DNA of 64,000 bases from assembly GCA_031256195.1 (NCBI GenBank), contig JAIRRB010000037.1, positions 3,473-67,472 of the forward strand, written 5' to 3'. The position numbers and the translations under genes are program-made. Below are positions 29,501 through 37,958 of the stretch, piece by piece (position 1 is the stretch's first letter; every line of letters begins with the position of its first letter). Under the pieces are notes generated by a model that was not told where the DNA came from, did no database searches, and saw only the letters and a program-made list of their open reading frames with translations. Source of the DNA: Treponema sp. Its GTDB lineage: Bacteria > Spirochaetota > Spirochaetia > Treponematales > Breznakiellaceae.

Positions 29501-29611
29501 ACGGCTCGGTATGAAACCGGCCTTTTCTTCAACGGTAAGCCGGGAAATAAGGTCTCGAATCCGTTCTTTCAGGGGCAGACCGGGGTCAAGAAAAGGATAT
29601 TGAAAAAACAT
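26579..29611 (-). CDS. Beta-glucosidase GH3 with Fn3-like and C-terminal CBM6-like domains
   Basis: TTFPQ.IGLA, WSPTIDL.RDPRWGRTEEGYGEDP, KHFFANNNE, MTSYNEVNG, IVTDG, PAGRLP.TWY, FPFGYGLSYS; C-terminal IELRLDAPDG...GVHDLY. Confidence 0.93.
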   Translation of the reverse strand: MFFQYPFLDPGLPLKERIRDLISRLTVEEKAGFIPSRNQAVERLGIAAWAIGAEGAHGFVDREGQNTTFPQTIGLASGWDRELLRKIGEVSAVEARVFCATHERRGGLALWSPTIDLERDPRWGRTEEGYGEDPFLTSELSSSYIRGAQGDDPFYLRVSCGPKHFFANNNERLRASCSCSIPPRLMHEYYLAPFRSAIQKAKAVSLMTSYNEVNGIPMILHPMLNDKVKNQWGLEGHIVTDGNDFLQTVNAHHYFDTHAETLAAALQNGADTMTDDAAEVIPAVMEALKRNLLDEAELDKHLERILAIRFRLGLFDPPGHCPYDLIGEADSMKDEYRSLAREAVRKSAVLLKNEGNFLPLRPQAVKGSIAVMGPLADELHLDWYSGHPPYMSTPLEGLRELYGQDRVVYTDCRDIVSFATEDGRPLVLTDTPAEKVLAVGAVGDKPCRFYREDWGWGVWTFADVESGLLLENPYYRPEPGTDADRSQLIIKASAKSSLIWFNKTLFNVIPRENSLCLLRIYDNRRVSYPREKGPVELRDDTFDGPNELFRMKVERDGLAAAAEAAATAGQVIFIGGNDPMINGREDVDRPSLNLPPRQEELIRRVCGLNPRTVLVLISGYPFTCGDIITPIPAVLWMAHGIQETGHGLADVLGGAYSPAGRLPLTWYEDEQQLPSIMEYDIVSAASTYQYFPGKALFPFGYGLSYSSFAYSDLSIDQTAAKEDETVAVSFRLKNTGSVAADEVPQMYVTVSGSLFRRPLKSLKGFTRLSLKPGEEQTVRFNLPVQELAVWDSHHNRFCVEAGYCAVMVGASSADIRLSGGFEVRGESLFPRKLSGQIYAQTFDEYSNCFLHEKRGSAVPAVFNKDNMGLYNKNIYPGVTQNFTEEKIISVQKLRDTPWLNSCSLDSGGWIRFAALDFAGGFNCLSAVVQGGPHSRIELRLDAPDGALAGTIAVPNTGDISFYAQVKPYSPRCRPLWACVETVTETICGVHDLYMVLYGKTGIWHFEWRKI
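26907..26999. repeat. Palindromic element family 1, copy D (93 bp, in-frame within the GH3 CBM6-like domain)
   Basis: caagaatttaaccacggag...ctccggggtaaatattcttg; length is a multiple of 3 and the ORF stays open. Confidence 0.88.
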
Positions 29612-29618
29612 GAGGCAT

Positions 29619-29647
29619 AGTATAGGGACTCCTGCAAAACTATGCAA
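29619..29647 (-). promoter_or_regulatory. Sigma70 promoter of the GH3-GH31 operon (possibly leaderless)
   Basis: TTGCAT-N17-TATACT, 7 nt before ATG 29611. Confidence 0.6.
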
Positions 29648-29661
29648 GGGAAGAACAAATG

Positions 29662-29699
29662 ATTAGAGTTATTCGGAAACTTCAGTTTCCGAACAACTC
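29662..29699. repeat. Palindromic element family 2
   Basis: gagttattcggaaac-ttca-gtttccgaacaactc; near-identical reverse-complement copy at 61056-61093. Confidence 0.85.
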
Positions 29700-29730
29700 A
29701 TTATACAAACCAGCGCAAAACAAATTTACC

Positions 29731-29790
29731 AAAAACTCCAGACTGTCTGATAGGACAGCAGTATTCCGTGTCCTCCGTGGTTATTTATTT
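29731..29790. repeat. Palindromic element family 1, half copy E
   Basis: Reverse complement accacggaggacacggaatactgctgtcctatcagacagtctggagttttt matches 19021-19070. Confidence 0.85.
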
Positions 29791-29840
29791 TCCAGGTTGT
29801 AGACTTCCCCAGTTCCCGCTTCCCATGTTACACTAAACCC

Positions 29841-31115
29841 ATGCTTGACTATAAATTTATTGCTGAAAATGCAGATACGGTAGCGGCTAATATCGCTAAC
29901 CGTTACATGAAGGCCGATGCTCATGCGGCGGCGCGCCTGTATACCCAACGGACGGAACTGACGACCGCCCTTCAATCATTGCAGCAGAAACGGAATACCA
30001 ATGCCGCCGCCATGAAAGAAAAACTCGAACAGGAGCAGCGGAAGGCTCTTATTGAAGAAGGGAAAAAACTTAAAGAGGATATTGCCGCGGCGGAAAAGGA
30101 ATTGGCCGCTGTTGAAAAAGAACTTGAAACCGAAGTGCGGAAGATTCCCAATATGGCCCATCCTGATGCGCCGCTGGGCAAGGAAGACAAGGACAATCTT
30201 GAAATAAAGCGAGTGGGAGAACCGGTTCAATTTAACTTTGAATCCGTCGACCATGTACAACTGGGCCAGGATTTGGATATTATCGACTTTGATTCGGCGA
30301 CCAAGGTGTCAGGCACCAAATTTTACTATCTCAAAAATGAAGGGGTGTTTTTGGAACTTGGCCTGATTCGCTATGCGCTGGATATTCTGCAAAGGAAAGG
30401 TTTTACCCCCTTTATTACGCCTGACGTTGCCCGCACTGAAATTCTTGAAGGCATCGGCTTTAACCCTCGCGGCGCGGAATCCAATGTGTACGCGCTGGAA
30501 GGGGAGGATGCCTGCCTGGTGGGGACTGCGGAAATTACTCTGGGGGGCTATTACTCCGATACGATTCTTGTCAAAGACAAACTGCCCCTGCGCATGGCGG
30601 GCCTTTCCCACTGTTTCCGCCGTGAAGCGGGAGCGGCGGGCCAATTCTCCCGGGGACTGTACCGCGTGCATCAGTTTACCAAACTGGAAATGTTTGTGTA
30701 CTGCCTGCCCGAAGAATCAGGACAGTTTCATGAAGAATTGCGCCTGATAGAAGAAGCGATTTTTACCGGCCTTGATATTCCTTTCCGGGTGGTGGATACC
30801 TGTACCGGTGATTTGGGCGCGCCCGCCTACCGCAAATGGGACCTTGAAGCATGGATGCCGGGCCGTAATAACGGCGAATGGGGGGAGGTTACCTCAACTT
30901 CCAACTGTACCGACTATCAGGCGCGGCGGCTGAACATCCGCTACAAAGACGATGACGGCAAAAATAAATTCGTCCACATGCTGAACGGTACGGCGATTGC
31001 CGTTTCACGGGCCATCATTGCTATTTTGGAAAATTTTCAGCAGGAAGACGGTTCAGTGCGGATTCCGCGCAATCTTGTTCCCTATGTTGGGTTTGATATT
31101 ATCAGGAAAAAATGA
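29841..31115 (+). CDS. serS: Serine--tRNA ligase
   Basis: N-terminal coiled coil, IPN, LVGTAE, CFRREAG..G...RGLYRVHQFTKLE, SNCTDYQARRL, HMLNGTAIAVSR. Confidence 0.98.
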   Translation: MLDYKFIAENADTVAANIANRYMKADAHAAARLYTQRTELTTALQSLQQKRNTNAAAMKEKLEQEQRKALIEEGKKLKEDIAAAEKELAAVEKELETEVRKIPNMAHPDAPLGKEDKDNLEIKRVGEPVQFNFESVDHVQLGQDLDIIDFDSATKVSGTKFYYLKNEGVFLELGLIRYALDILQRKGFTPFITPDVARTEILEGIGFNPRGAESNVYALEGEDACLVGTAEITLGGYYSDTILVKDKLPLRMAGLSHCFRREAGAAGQFSRGLYRVHQFTKLEMFVYCLPEESGQFHEELRLIEEAIFTGLDIPFRVVDTCTGDLGAPAYRKWDLEAWMPGRNNGEWGEVTSTSNCTDYQARRLNIRYKDDDGKNKFVHMLNGTAIAVSRAIIAILENFQQEDGSVRIPRNLVPYVGFDIIRKK

Positions 31116-31180
31116 AGGGTATCATACCCTTCGGTGACTGCGCTTGTTCGGTCAAGACCTGAGCAAGCTCGGCCACGACA
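31115..31180. repeat. Hairpin pair downstream of serS (terminator- or REP-like)
   Basis: aagggtat-c-ataccctt and gcttgttc...gagcaagc inverted repeats. Confidence 0.45.
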
Positions 31181-31250
31181 CTCACTTCGCTTGTCAATAA
31201 CTTTACACTGCGATATGCGCCCCAATTCCCTTGACTTCTTCCCTTTTTGC

Positions 31251-31279
31251 CGTTAACCTATTATTTACTATGGTTAACA
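31251..31279. promoter_or_regulatory. BirA operator overlapping the promoter and start codon of birA
   Basis: GTTAAC-N15-GTTAACA palindrome fitting the known TGTtAAC-N14/15-GTTaACA BirA site; TTGACT (31231)-N17-TAACCT promoter. Confidence 0.75.
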
Positions 31280-32259
31280 CGGTTTCTACCAGGGCCAAAC
31301 TACTGTCGGCCCTGCGTAAACAGGCGGGAAAGCCGCTCAGCGGCGGCATTTTGGCGCGGGATTTACATATTTCCCGTGTGGCCGTTTGGAAAGGAATACA
31401 GGCGCTTATCGGCGCGGGTTATCCCATCGAAACCCGGTCGGCGGGTTATTCGCTTGACCCTGAAAAGGCCAATGACTTTCTCTACCCCTGGGAATTCGGC
31501 GAGAATGAGGCCATGTTTCGCTACTTTGACAGTACCGATAGCACGATGGACAGGGCGCGGGAATTCGCCCAACGGGGGCTTGCCGCGGGGACGGTCATTA
31601 CCGCGGAAAAACAAAGCGCGGGAAGGGGGCGGAACGGTAGCGCCTGGGCTTCACGGCAGGGCGGGCTGTTCTGTACCATTCTGGAACGTCCCGGCATAGC
31701 CCTTGCCGATTACTACCTGCCCGCGATGCTTTTTCATATTGCCGCCGCCCGCGCTCTGGCTTCCCTCTGCGGAAAACCCGCCCGGCTGCGCTGGCCCAAT
31801 GACATCTATATTGGCAAACGAAAAATCGCCGGGCTGGTGACCGAACTTGCGGGGGAATCTGACCGCATAGACTGGCTGACCATAGGGATTGGGGTCAACG
31901 TAAACAATACCGTTCCATCGGAAAAGGCGGTCAGTTGCGCCGGTATTACCGGGCATACGGTTTCCCGCCGCGAGGTTTTGCTTAAAATTATTAATGAGGC
32001 GGATCATCTCAAAAAGCGTACCCGTTCCGGTATGGCATACGCTCAGGGAAACCGGCTTCTGGCCGCCGAGTGGAATTCTCTGGCTGACGGCAGGGGTGCA
32101 AAAGCTGCGGTGACTGATTCCAGCAAAATATTCGCACGGGGGATTTTTGCCGGCATTGATCCCGCGGGACGCTGTATCATCAAATCTGAAACCGGGAAAG
32201 GGGCTTTGTATTTTAATCCCGGTCCGGTGTCGGTGGTGTTATACGGAGAAAAAAAATGA
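31270..32259 (+). CDS. birA: Bifunctional biotin ligase / biotin repressor
   Basis: N-terminal HTH (SGGILARDLHISRVAVWKGI), STDSTM, QSAGRGRNG, WPND, RKIAG, GIGVNVN. Confidence 0.93.
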   Translation: MVNTVSTRAKLLSALRKQAGKPLSGGILARDLHISRVAVWKGIQALIGAGYPIETRSAGYSLDPEKANDFLYPWEFGENEAMFRYFDSTDSTMDRAREFAQRGLAAGTVITAEKQSAGRGRNGSAWASRQGGLFCTILERPGIALADYYLPAMLFHIAAARALASLCGKPARLRWPNDIYIGKRKIAGLVTELAGESDRIDWLTIGIGVNVNNTVPSEKAVSCAGITGHTVSRREVLLKIINEADHLKKRTRSGMAYAQGNRLLAAEWNSLADGRGAKAAVTDSSKIFARGIFAGIDPAGRCIIKSETGKGALYFNPGPVSVVLYGEKK

Positions 32260-32828
32260 GTGTTGAAAAAGCCTCACGATACAAAATTACCGCACTGGTT
32301 TTTATTGCCCTGTTTGCGGCCTTGATTTCAGCGGGGGCGTTTATCGTTATTCCTATCGGCCCCATTCCCGTCGTGCTGCAGAATCTTTTTACCCTGCTTT
32401 CCGGCCTCGTGCTGGGGCCGGTTTTTGGTACGGCGGCAGTGGGGCTGTTTATCGCGGCGGGGCTTGTCGGCGCTCCGGTATTTGCCAATAACGGCTCGCC
32501 GATGGGCATTGCCCGAATCTTCGGCCCAACCGGCGGTTTTTTGCTCGGTTACCTTCCGGGGGCTTTTGCCGCGGGGCTTATCATGGGTTTTCCCCGGCCC
32601 GGCGCAAAAGCGCCGCTGTGGCGAATTATCTGCGCGGCTGCCGCGGGAGTCCTTGTGGTGTATATTCCGGGGCTGGTCCGGCTTAAATTTTTTTTGAATG
32701 TTGACTGGCGGCAAACTTTTATTGTAGGTTTTTTCCCCTTCATTATCGGCGACGCCGTTAAAGGCGCCATTGCCGGTCTGATAAGCCCCCGCCTGCGCCG
32801 CATCGTCGCGCGGGTATTTTCATCATAA
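32256..32828 (+). CDS. bioY: Biotin ECF transporter S component
   Basis: PIGPIPVVLQ, G.PVFA, GPTGGFLLG, PFIIGD..K; adjacent to birA. Confidence 0.95.
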   Translation: MSVEKASRYKITALVFIALFAALISAGAFIVIPIGPIPVVLQNLFTLLSGLVLGPVFGTAAVGLFIAAGLVGAPVFANNGSPMGIARIFGPTGGFLLGYLPGAFAAGLIMGFPRPGAKAPLWRIICAAAAGVLVVYIPGLVRLKFFLNVDWRQTFIVGFFPFIIGDAVKGAIAGLISPRLRRIVARVFSS

Positions 32829-32829
32829 T

Positions 32830-33630
32830 ATGGACACGCCGCTTTTTTCTGTCAATAATATTTGCAAGATTTTCCCCGCTGTCGCGGGAGAAGAACCCTT
32901 TACCGCTTTACACGGCATAAGCCTGGATATTTTTGCGGGGCAGTGCCTGATGATTGCCGGGTCAAACGGATCAGGGAAAACCCTGCTTATGCGGATTATC
33001 GCCGGACTTTTGGAACCATCGGGCGGAGACGTACTGTTCCGGGGGCAGTCCCTGTATGGTGCGCGGAGCGTTGAACGGCGTGAAACCGAAAAAGCGCTCC
33101 GCAGGGAATTGGGACTGGTGTTTCAGGATGCCGATGCGCAGATAGTGGGAGAAACCGCCATCGAAGATGCCGCCTTTGGGCCGGAGAATCTCGGTCTTTC
33201 CGCCGCCGACGCAAACGCCTGTGCGGACAAAGCCCTTGCCGCGATGGGGCTTGCCGAAAAGCGGGATAATGCTCCCCGGCGGCTTTCCGGCGGAGAAAAG
33301 CGCCGTCTTGCCATTGCCGGCGTACTTGCGATGGGCTGTAACACCATCATCATGGATGAACCGTTCGCCAATCTTGACTGGCCGGGGGTGGTTCAAACCC
33401 TCAACATAATCCGCGACTTAAAAAATGACGGTAAAACCCTTATCATCCTTACCCATGAACTTGAAAAAGTGCTTGCTCTGGCGGACCGGCTGGTAATACT
33501 CCATCAGGGCATTATTCGTCATGACGGCCCCCCCGCCGAAGTGGTGGAGCAGTTGAATCCCGCCTGGGGAGTGCGCGACCCCCGGCGCAATTATGCCGCC
33601 GTAAAGGATTGTTCATGGCTGGAACATTAA
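32830..33630 (+). CDS. ECF transporter ATPase (BioM/EcfA)
   Basis: GSNGSGKT, VFQDADAQI, FGPENLG, LSGGEKRR, MDEPFANLD, THE. Confidence 0.93.
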   Translation: MDTPLFSVNNICKIFPAVAGEEPFTALHGISLDIFAGQCLMIAGSNGSGKTLLMRIIAGLLEPSGGDVLFRGQSLYGARSVERRETEKALRRELGLVFQDADAQIVGETAIEDAAFGPENLGLSAADANACADKALAAMGLAEKRDNAPRRLSGGEKRRLAIAGVLAMGCNTIIMDEPFANLDWPGVVQTLNIIRDLKNDGKTLIILTHELEKVLALADRLVILHQGIIRHDGPPAEVVEQLNPAWGVRDPRRNYAAVKDCSWLEH

Positions 33631-34286
33631 AGCCCGCCCTGCGTTCCCCCTTTAGCTACCGCGCCGGAACAACCGCGTTGCACCGCACCCCCGCGGCGCT
33701 CAAACTCCTTGCGGTACTGGCGCTTTCAACCGCCGCTTTCAGCTCCGTTCCCGGTCTTGCGCTGGCGATTCTGCTGACACTTGCCGCTTCCGCCGCCGCA
33801 CGCATCCCCCCCTGGGAACTGTTGAAAGGCGCAGGGCCTCTGGCTGTATTATCGTTATGCATCATATTTCTGAATTTACACCTGCCTCATATCAGCGTGG
33901 ACGGCCTGGTTGCCGGAATAATCGCCGTCCTGCGAATCTTTGTTCCCTTTGCCGCCGCCGCCCTGCTTTTCGCCGTTACCACCATGCGGGAACTGCGCCT
34001 TTCCCTGGCGGCGCTTGAAATGAGAATACAAAAGGCGCTTTTTGCCGGACACACACACCGGAAAACGGTTTCTTTTTTCAGTTTGGGCTTATGCCTGATG
34101 CTGGGATTTATCCCCCGTTTTTTTGAGGTATGGGAAACGGCCAACCTTGCCTGCGAAGCCCGTTCGTGCAGGCGGGGCCTGCGCCGCCTGTTCATACTTA
34201 TCCCGCTGGTGTGCGAGCGGATGATGGAATCCGCCGTTGATACCGCTCTGGCTCTGCAAGCGCGGGGCCTGGGCTACGGGGAATGA
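33615..34286 (+). CDS. ECF transporter T component (BioN/EcfT)
   Basis: Y..G.T.LHR.PA..KL start, FIPRF, ALQARG; multiple TMs. Confidence 0.88.
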   Translation: MAGTLKPALRSPFSYRAGTTALHRTPAALKLLAVLALSTAAFSSVPGLALAILLTLAASAAARIPPWELLKGAGPLAVLSLCIIFLNLHLPHISVDGLVAGIIAVLRIFVPFAAAALLFAVTTMRELRLSLAALEMRIQKALFAGHTHRKTVSFFSLGLCLMLGFIPRFFEVWETANLACEARSCRRGLRRLFILIPLVCERMMESAVDTALALQARGLGYGE

Positions 34287-34330
34287 TAAGCAACCTATAC
34301 TTTGCCGTTTTTTTGCCGATAATTAGGTTA

Positions 34331-34882
34331 ATGAACACAATTCGCATCTGCCGGATAACGATTCTACTCTGTCTGTTCGCCCTGTTCCCCTGGGGAATGG
34401 GGGCGCAGGAAAGCACGGAGACGCTGCCCCGGCAGTTTCGGGAGATTGTTCTGGGCATGAGTCTGGATGACCTGAAAACGGCCCTGGAAAAGGACAGTAT
34501 TTTTAACTTCCGGGGCGACCGCGATGTTTCCTTTCTTCCCGCGCGGGAAGAGAGTTTGGTTGAAACCAGCGGTTCTTCGTTTATCAAGCGGGCGTTTTTT
34601 CAGCTGCGGGACGGGGCGCTGTTTATCATGGCGTTTACCCTCAATACCGGCATGATGGACCACTATTCAGTGTTTACCGGACTGGTTGAAAAATACGGCC
34701 AGCCCTCGTATCTTGACCCCACCGAAGCGGTATGGGAAAGCGAAGATATGCGCGTTTCCATTGAACGCCCCCTGACGGTAAAATATATTGATAAAAAAGT
34801 TTTTGATGATATTATTAATGAGTCCGCGCTTATCCAGTCCAAACGGGTTCAACAACGTCAGGAATTCCTGAATGAATTTTAG
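34331..34882 (+). CDS. Hypothetical exported protein
   Basis: Signal peptide (LLCLFALFPWGMGAQ); FREIVLGMSLDDLK and LVEKYGQP patterns; start uncertain. Confidence 0.7.
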   Translation: MNTIRICRITILLCLFALFPWGMGAQESTETLPRQFREIVLGMSLDDLKTALEKDSIFNFRGDRDVSFLPAREESLVETSGSSFIKRAFFQLRDGALFIMAFTLNTGMMDHYSVFTGLVEKYGQPSYLDPTEAVWESEDMRVSIERPLTVKYIDKKVFDDIINESALIQSKRVQQRQEFLNEF

Positions 34883-35375
34883 ATCAATGCATTTCAGACC
34901 GATGCATTTGAGGCCCGCAGTAAAAAAAATCCTGTTTCTTGTCTTCATTACCGTTAATATCAGTTTTGCCGCCGGTGTTACCGCCGGATGCGCCTCGCAC
35001 AAACTTAAAACCACCGTGTTAAGCATTATGCGCACGAATTCAGAACCCGTGGAAATCACCGTGGAAATTGCCGTAACCGAGGCAGAACGGGCAAAAGGGC
35101 TGATGAACCGGAAAAAACTGCCCGATGGCGAAGGGATGATGTTTGTTTTTGAACGCGACCAGCAGCTTTCGTTCTGGATGAAAAATACCGTGATTCCCCT
35201 TTCCATAGCCTTTATCGCCTCGGACGGCAGGATTGTCGAAATCAGGGATATGCAGCCCCTCGATTTGAATTCCGTAAAATCATCCCGTTCGGTTCGTTAT
35301 GCCCTGGAAACGCCTCAAGGCTGGTTCAACCGCACCGGGATAAAACCGGGTGATGTGGTAAAGATAAACTTTTAA
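34872..35375 (+). CDS. DUF192 domain protein
   Basis: VEIA.T..ERAKGLM.RK.LPDGEGMMFVF...SFWMKNT.IPLSIAFI; YALE..QGWF. Confidence 0.9.
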   Translation: MNFRSMHFRPMHLRPAVKKILFLVFITVNISFAAGVTAGCASHKLKTTVLSIMRTNSEPVEITVEIAVTEAERAKGLMNRKKLPDGEGMMFVFERDQQLSFWMKNTVIPLSIAFIASDGRIVEIRDMQPLDLNSVKSSRSVRYALETPQGWFNRTGIKPGDVVKINF

Positions 35376-35379
35376 GAAG

Positions 35380-35396
35380 CAGGATAACGTATCCTG
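35380..35396. terminator. Hairpin between convergent genes
   Basis: caggata-acg-tatcctg in the 24-bp gap between DUF192 and the esterase. Confidence 0.45.
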
Positions 35397-35399
35397 TAC

Positions 35400-36950
35400 T
35401 CATTCATCAGCATGAGTGCGAAATGGCATGGCAGGCAGACCGTTTTTGGCATAGAGGGGCGTGGGGCCGAATTTGGTCCAGGCATAACGGGCGCGGCAGG
35501 GACGGGCCATTGCACTCGAAGATATAACAACGTCATTGCCGTCAATGCGGGCCTGCGCGGGACCATAGGGGCCCTGTGCGGCGGCAATTTCAAATCCGTT
35601 TGCTGCGCCGCGGAACTCAAGACCATTTTCCGCATGATTAAAATGCAGGCGCAGACTGCCGCCGTCTTCCGTCGTTTCGGCCCATGAAAATACCGGGCCG
35701 TCAGCTTCAATTTCAGTATGGCCGTATACTTTGCGCAGGGCCTGCAGGGCCAGACGAAAGCCGACTGTCTGCTTGTCCAGCGGGTGAATATTGTCATACT
35801 CGCCGCAGTCGATAATGACCGCCAGGCCGCTGTGAGCAATGTCAAGCGAAGCGAGATACTGGCTTTCCCGCATAAGGCACCAATGCCGGGGAGGATTTCC
35901 CGATTCCATTTCTTCACGGGAAGCAAACATCGGCAACTGTACAAACAGGAAAGGCAGGCGGTCATCAGCCCAGTCAGCGCGCCACTGCCGGACAAGGTGG
36001 TACATCATTTCACGGTAATCGGCGGCGCGCAGGTCATCTTCTTCACCCTGATAATACAGGAAACCCTTAATCGTAAAAGGCGCAACACGGCGTATCCGCG
36101 CGGTGTGCAGATTTGTCGGGCAATAGGGACTGGCATTCCCCGCGGGCTGGGGCCAGGGGCATTGACCGCATTCTTTATTGAGCGTTTCCCAGCTTACATC
36201 CGGTTCCTTTTCCCGCCGCGCGCAAATGCGGGCATCCCATTCCCGCCATTGGGTAAAATACTCTTCCATTTCCGCGTTATACCGGGCATCGGTTTTATTG
36301 CCAACTTTCACGCTGTAATCATCAATAAATCGCTGCCCGGCGCGGCTGCGCTGAAGCTGTTCCCTGCTCATCCATGTACTGATTGAAGTGCCGCCCCAGG
36401 AACAGTTGATAATACCGATGGGAACATTCAAATCGGCGTTAATTTTCCGGGCAAAAAAATAAGCCGCCGCGCTCAGCATGGCGGCGGTATCCGGCGCGCA
36501 GACCTGCCATGCGGCCTGCGCTTCTTCGCGCAGGTAGTCATCATCTACAACGGCGCGTTTTACTACCTGATAAAAACGTATATGGGGATTCGCGCAGGCG
36601 GCAAGTTCCGCGGGACCGTTTTTGCAGTTTACCAGTTCCATTTCCATGTTGCTCTGGCCGCCGGCAAACCACACATCTCCGGTTATTACATTGCGAAAAC
36701 GTATTTCGTTTTTTTTGTCACTGACGACTAACTCACCGCTCAAACCGGCGGCCAGGGGCGGCAGCATAAGGTTCCATGCGCCGCCATACACCGCAGTTAC
36801 CGCGGAAACACGGTGTTCCCCGCATTCCCAACAGACACGGACTGTACCGCCTTCATCTCCGCCCCATCCCCAAACTCTGACCGGCTTTTCCCGCTGCAAA
36901 ACCATATGGTCGCTGAACAGCGGCGCTGTCCGCACTGCAAGCCCTGCCAT
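35400..36950 (-). CDS. Sialate O-acetylesterase-like (SASA/SGNH) carbohydrate acetylesterase
   Basis: FSDHMVLQR, GDVWFAGGQSNME, WGGTSI..W, YQGE, VQLP, NIHP.DK..VG.RLA; no signal peptide. Confidence 0.9.
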   Translation of the reverse strand: MAGLAVRTAPLFSDHMVLQREKPVRVWGWGGDEGGTVRVCWECGEHRVSAVTAVYGGAWNLMLPPLAAGLSGELVVSDKKNEIRFRNVITGDVWFAGGQSNMEMELVNCKNGPAELAACANPHIRFYQVVKRAVVDDDYLREEAQAAWQVCAPDTAAMLSAAAYFFARKINADLNVPIGIINCSWGGTSISTWMSREQLQRSRAGQRFIDDYSVKVGNKTDARYNAEMEEYFTQWREWDARICARREKEPDVSWETLNKECGQCPWPQPAGNASPYCPTNLHTARIRRVAPFTIKGFLYYQGEEDDLRAADYREMMYHLVRQWRADWADDRLPFLFVQLPMFASREEMESGNPPRHWCLMRESQYLASLDIAHSGLAVIIDCGEYDNIHPLDKQTVGFRLALQALRKVYGHTEIEADGPVFSWAETTEDGGSLRLHFNHAENGLEFRGAANGFEIAAAQGPYGPAQARIDGNDVVISSSAMARPCRARYAWTKFGPTPLYAKNGLPAMPFRTHADE

Positions 36951-36951
36951 G

Positions 36952-37944
36952 CTACATCCGGTTCTTTTTTACCCAATCAACAATTTCATCTATCTTGCCA
37001 AACACCAGGCCGGTTACCGTATCGGCGCAGCCGTAGTAAATCGCTGTTTTTCCCGTATCTTTGTCCAGCAATGCCGCGCAGGGGAAGGTGACATTGGGCA
37101 CATCACCGGCAAGTTCGTATATCTCCCGCGGATTGATAATGTAGGGATGGGCGCGGGCAATAACCTTCCAGGGCTGGTCAATGTCGAGCAGGGCCGCGCT
37201 GAATGAATACACAAAGCCGTTACAGCTGGTCAGTACGCCGTGATAAAACAAAAGCCAGCCTTCGGTAGTTTCAATGGGGCATGGCCCCGCGCCGATTTTG
37301 GTGCTCTGCCAGCCGCCTGAAGGCGACATAACGTGGCGGTGCTTTCCCCAGAAACAGAGGTCGGGACTTTCCGAATAGAAAATGTCGCCAAACGGCGTAT
37401 GCCCCGAATCGCTGGGGCGGCTGAGCATGGCGTAATTTTTGCCGATCTTGCGGGGAAAGGGCGCGCCGTTGCGGTTATACACCATCATGGGATTTTCCAT
37501 TTGGTAAAACTTTTCAAAGTCAAAGGTATAGCCCATGCCCAGACTTGCCCCGTGATAGCCGTTACACCACACAATGTACCAGCGGTCTTCGATAAAAATA
37601 ACGCGAGGGTCGTACTTGTAATCGGAATCGGGCAGTTCAGGGTCAGTCTTGATAAATTGAATCGGCTTATCCTCAATCTCCCATTTAATGCCGTCTCTGC
37701 TCCTGCCCGCATGAATATTCATGTTACGCGCAGTATCATCGCAGCGGAAAACGCCGGCAAAGGCCCCCTTGAACGGAACAACCGCGCTGTTAAAAATACT
37801 GTTTGAATGGATGGTTAAATTCCTCGGTATGATCGGATTACCCGAATACCGCCACATCAGTTCCTTTTCAGGATTGCTTGATGCGGGCCGGTCCTCCCAG
37901 GGGATATTCGGCAGGCTGTTTCCGTTTACGATGATACTGCTCAT
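36952..37944 (-). CDS. Beta-1,4-mannooligosaccharide phosphorylase, GH130
   Basis: [67 protein letters not shown]. Confidence 0.95.
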   Translation of the reverse strand: MSSIIVNGNSLPNIPWEDRPASSNPEKELMWRYSGNPIIPRNLTIHSNSIFNSAVVPFKGAFAGVFRCDDTARNMNIHAGRSRDGIKWEIEDKPIQFIKTDPELPDSDYKYDPRVIFIEDRWYIVWCNGYHGASLGMGYTFDFEKFYQMENPMMVYNRNGAPFPRKIGKNYAMLSRPSDSGHTPFGDIFYSESPDLCFWGKHRHVMSPSGGWQSTKIGAGPCPIETTEGWLLFYHGVLTSCNGFVYSFSAALLDIDQPWKVIARAHPYIINPREIYELAGDVPNVTFPCAALLDKDTGKTAIYYGCADTVTGLVFGKIDEIVDWVKKNRM

Positions 37945-37958
37945 ATTTTCTCCTGGAA

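Noticed and set aside
31780-31830. BirA RWPND instead of KWPND as a sign of an inactive ligase
   Set aside because: Conservative change; GRGR loop and the catalytic Lys of RKIAG are retained
35372-35995. 207-aa minus-strand ORF overlapping the esterase (possible frameshift)
   Set aside because: The esterase frame is intact to its conserved C-terminus (NGLPAMPFRT); the alternative frame has no motif
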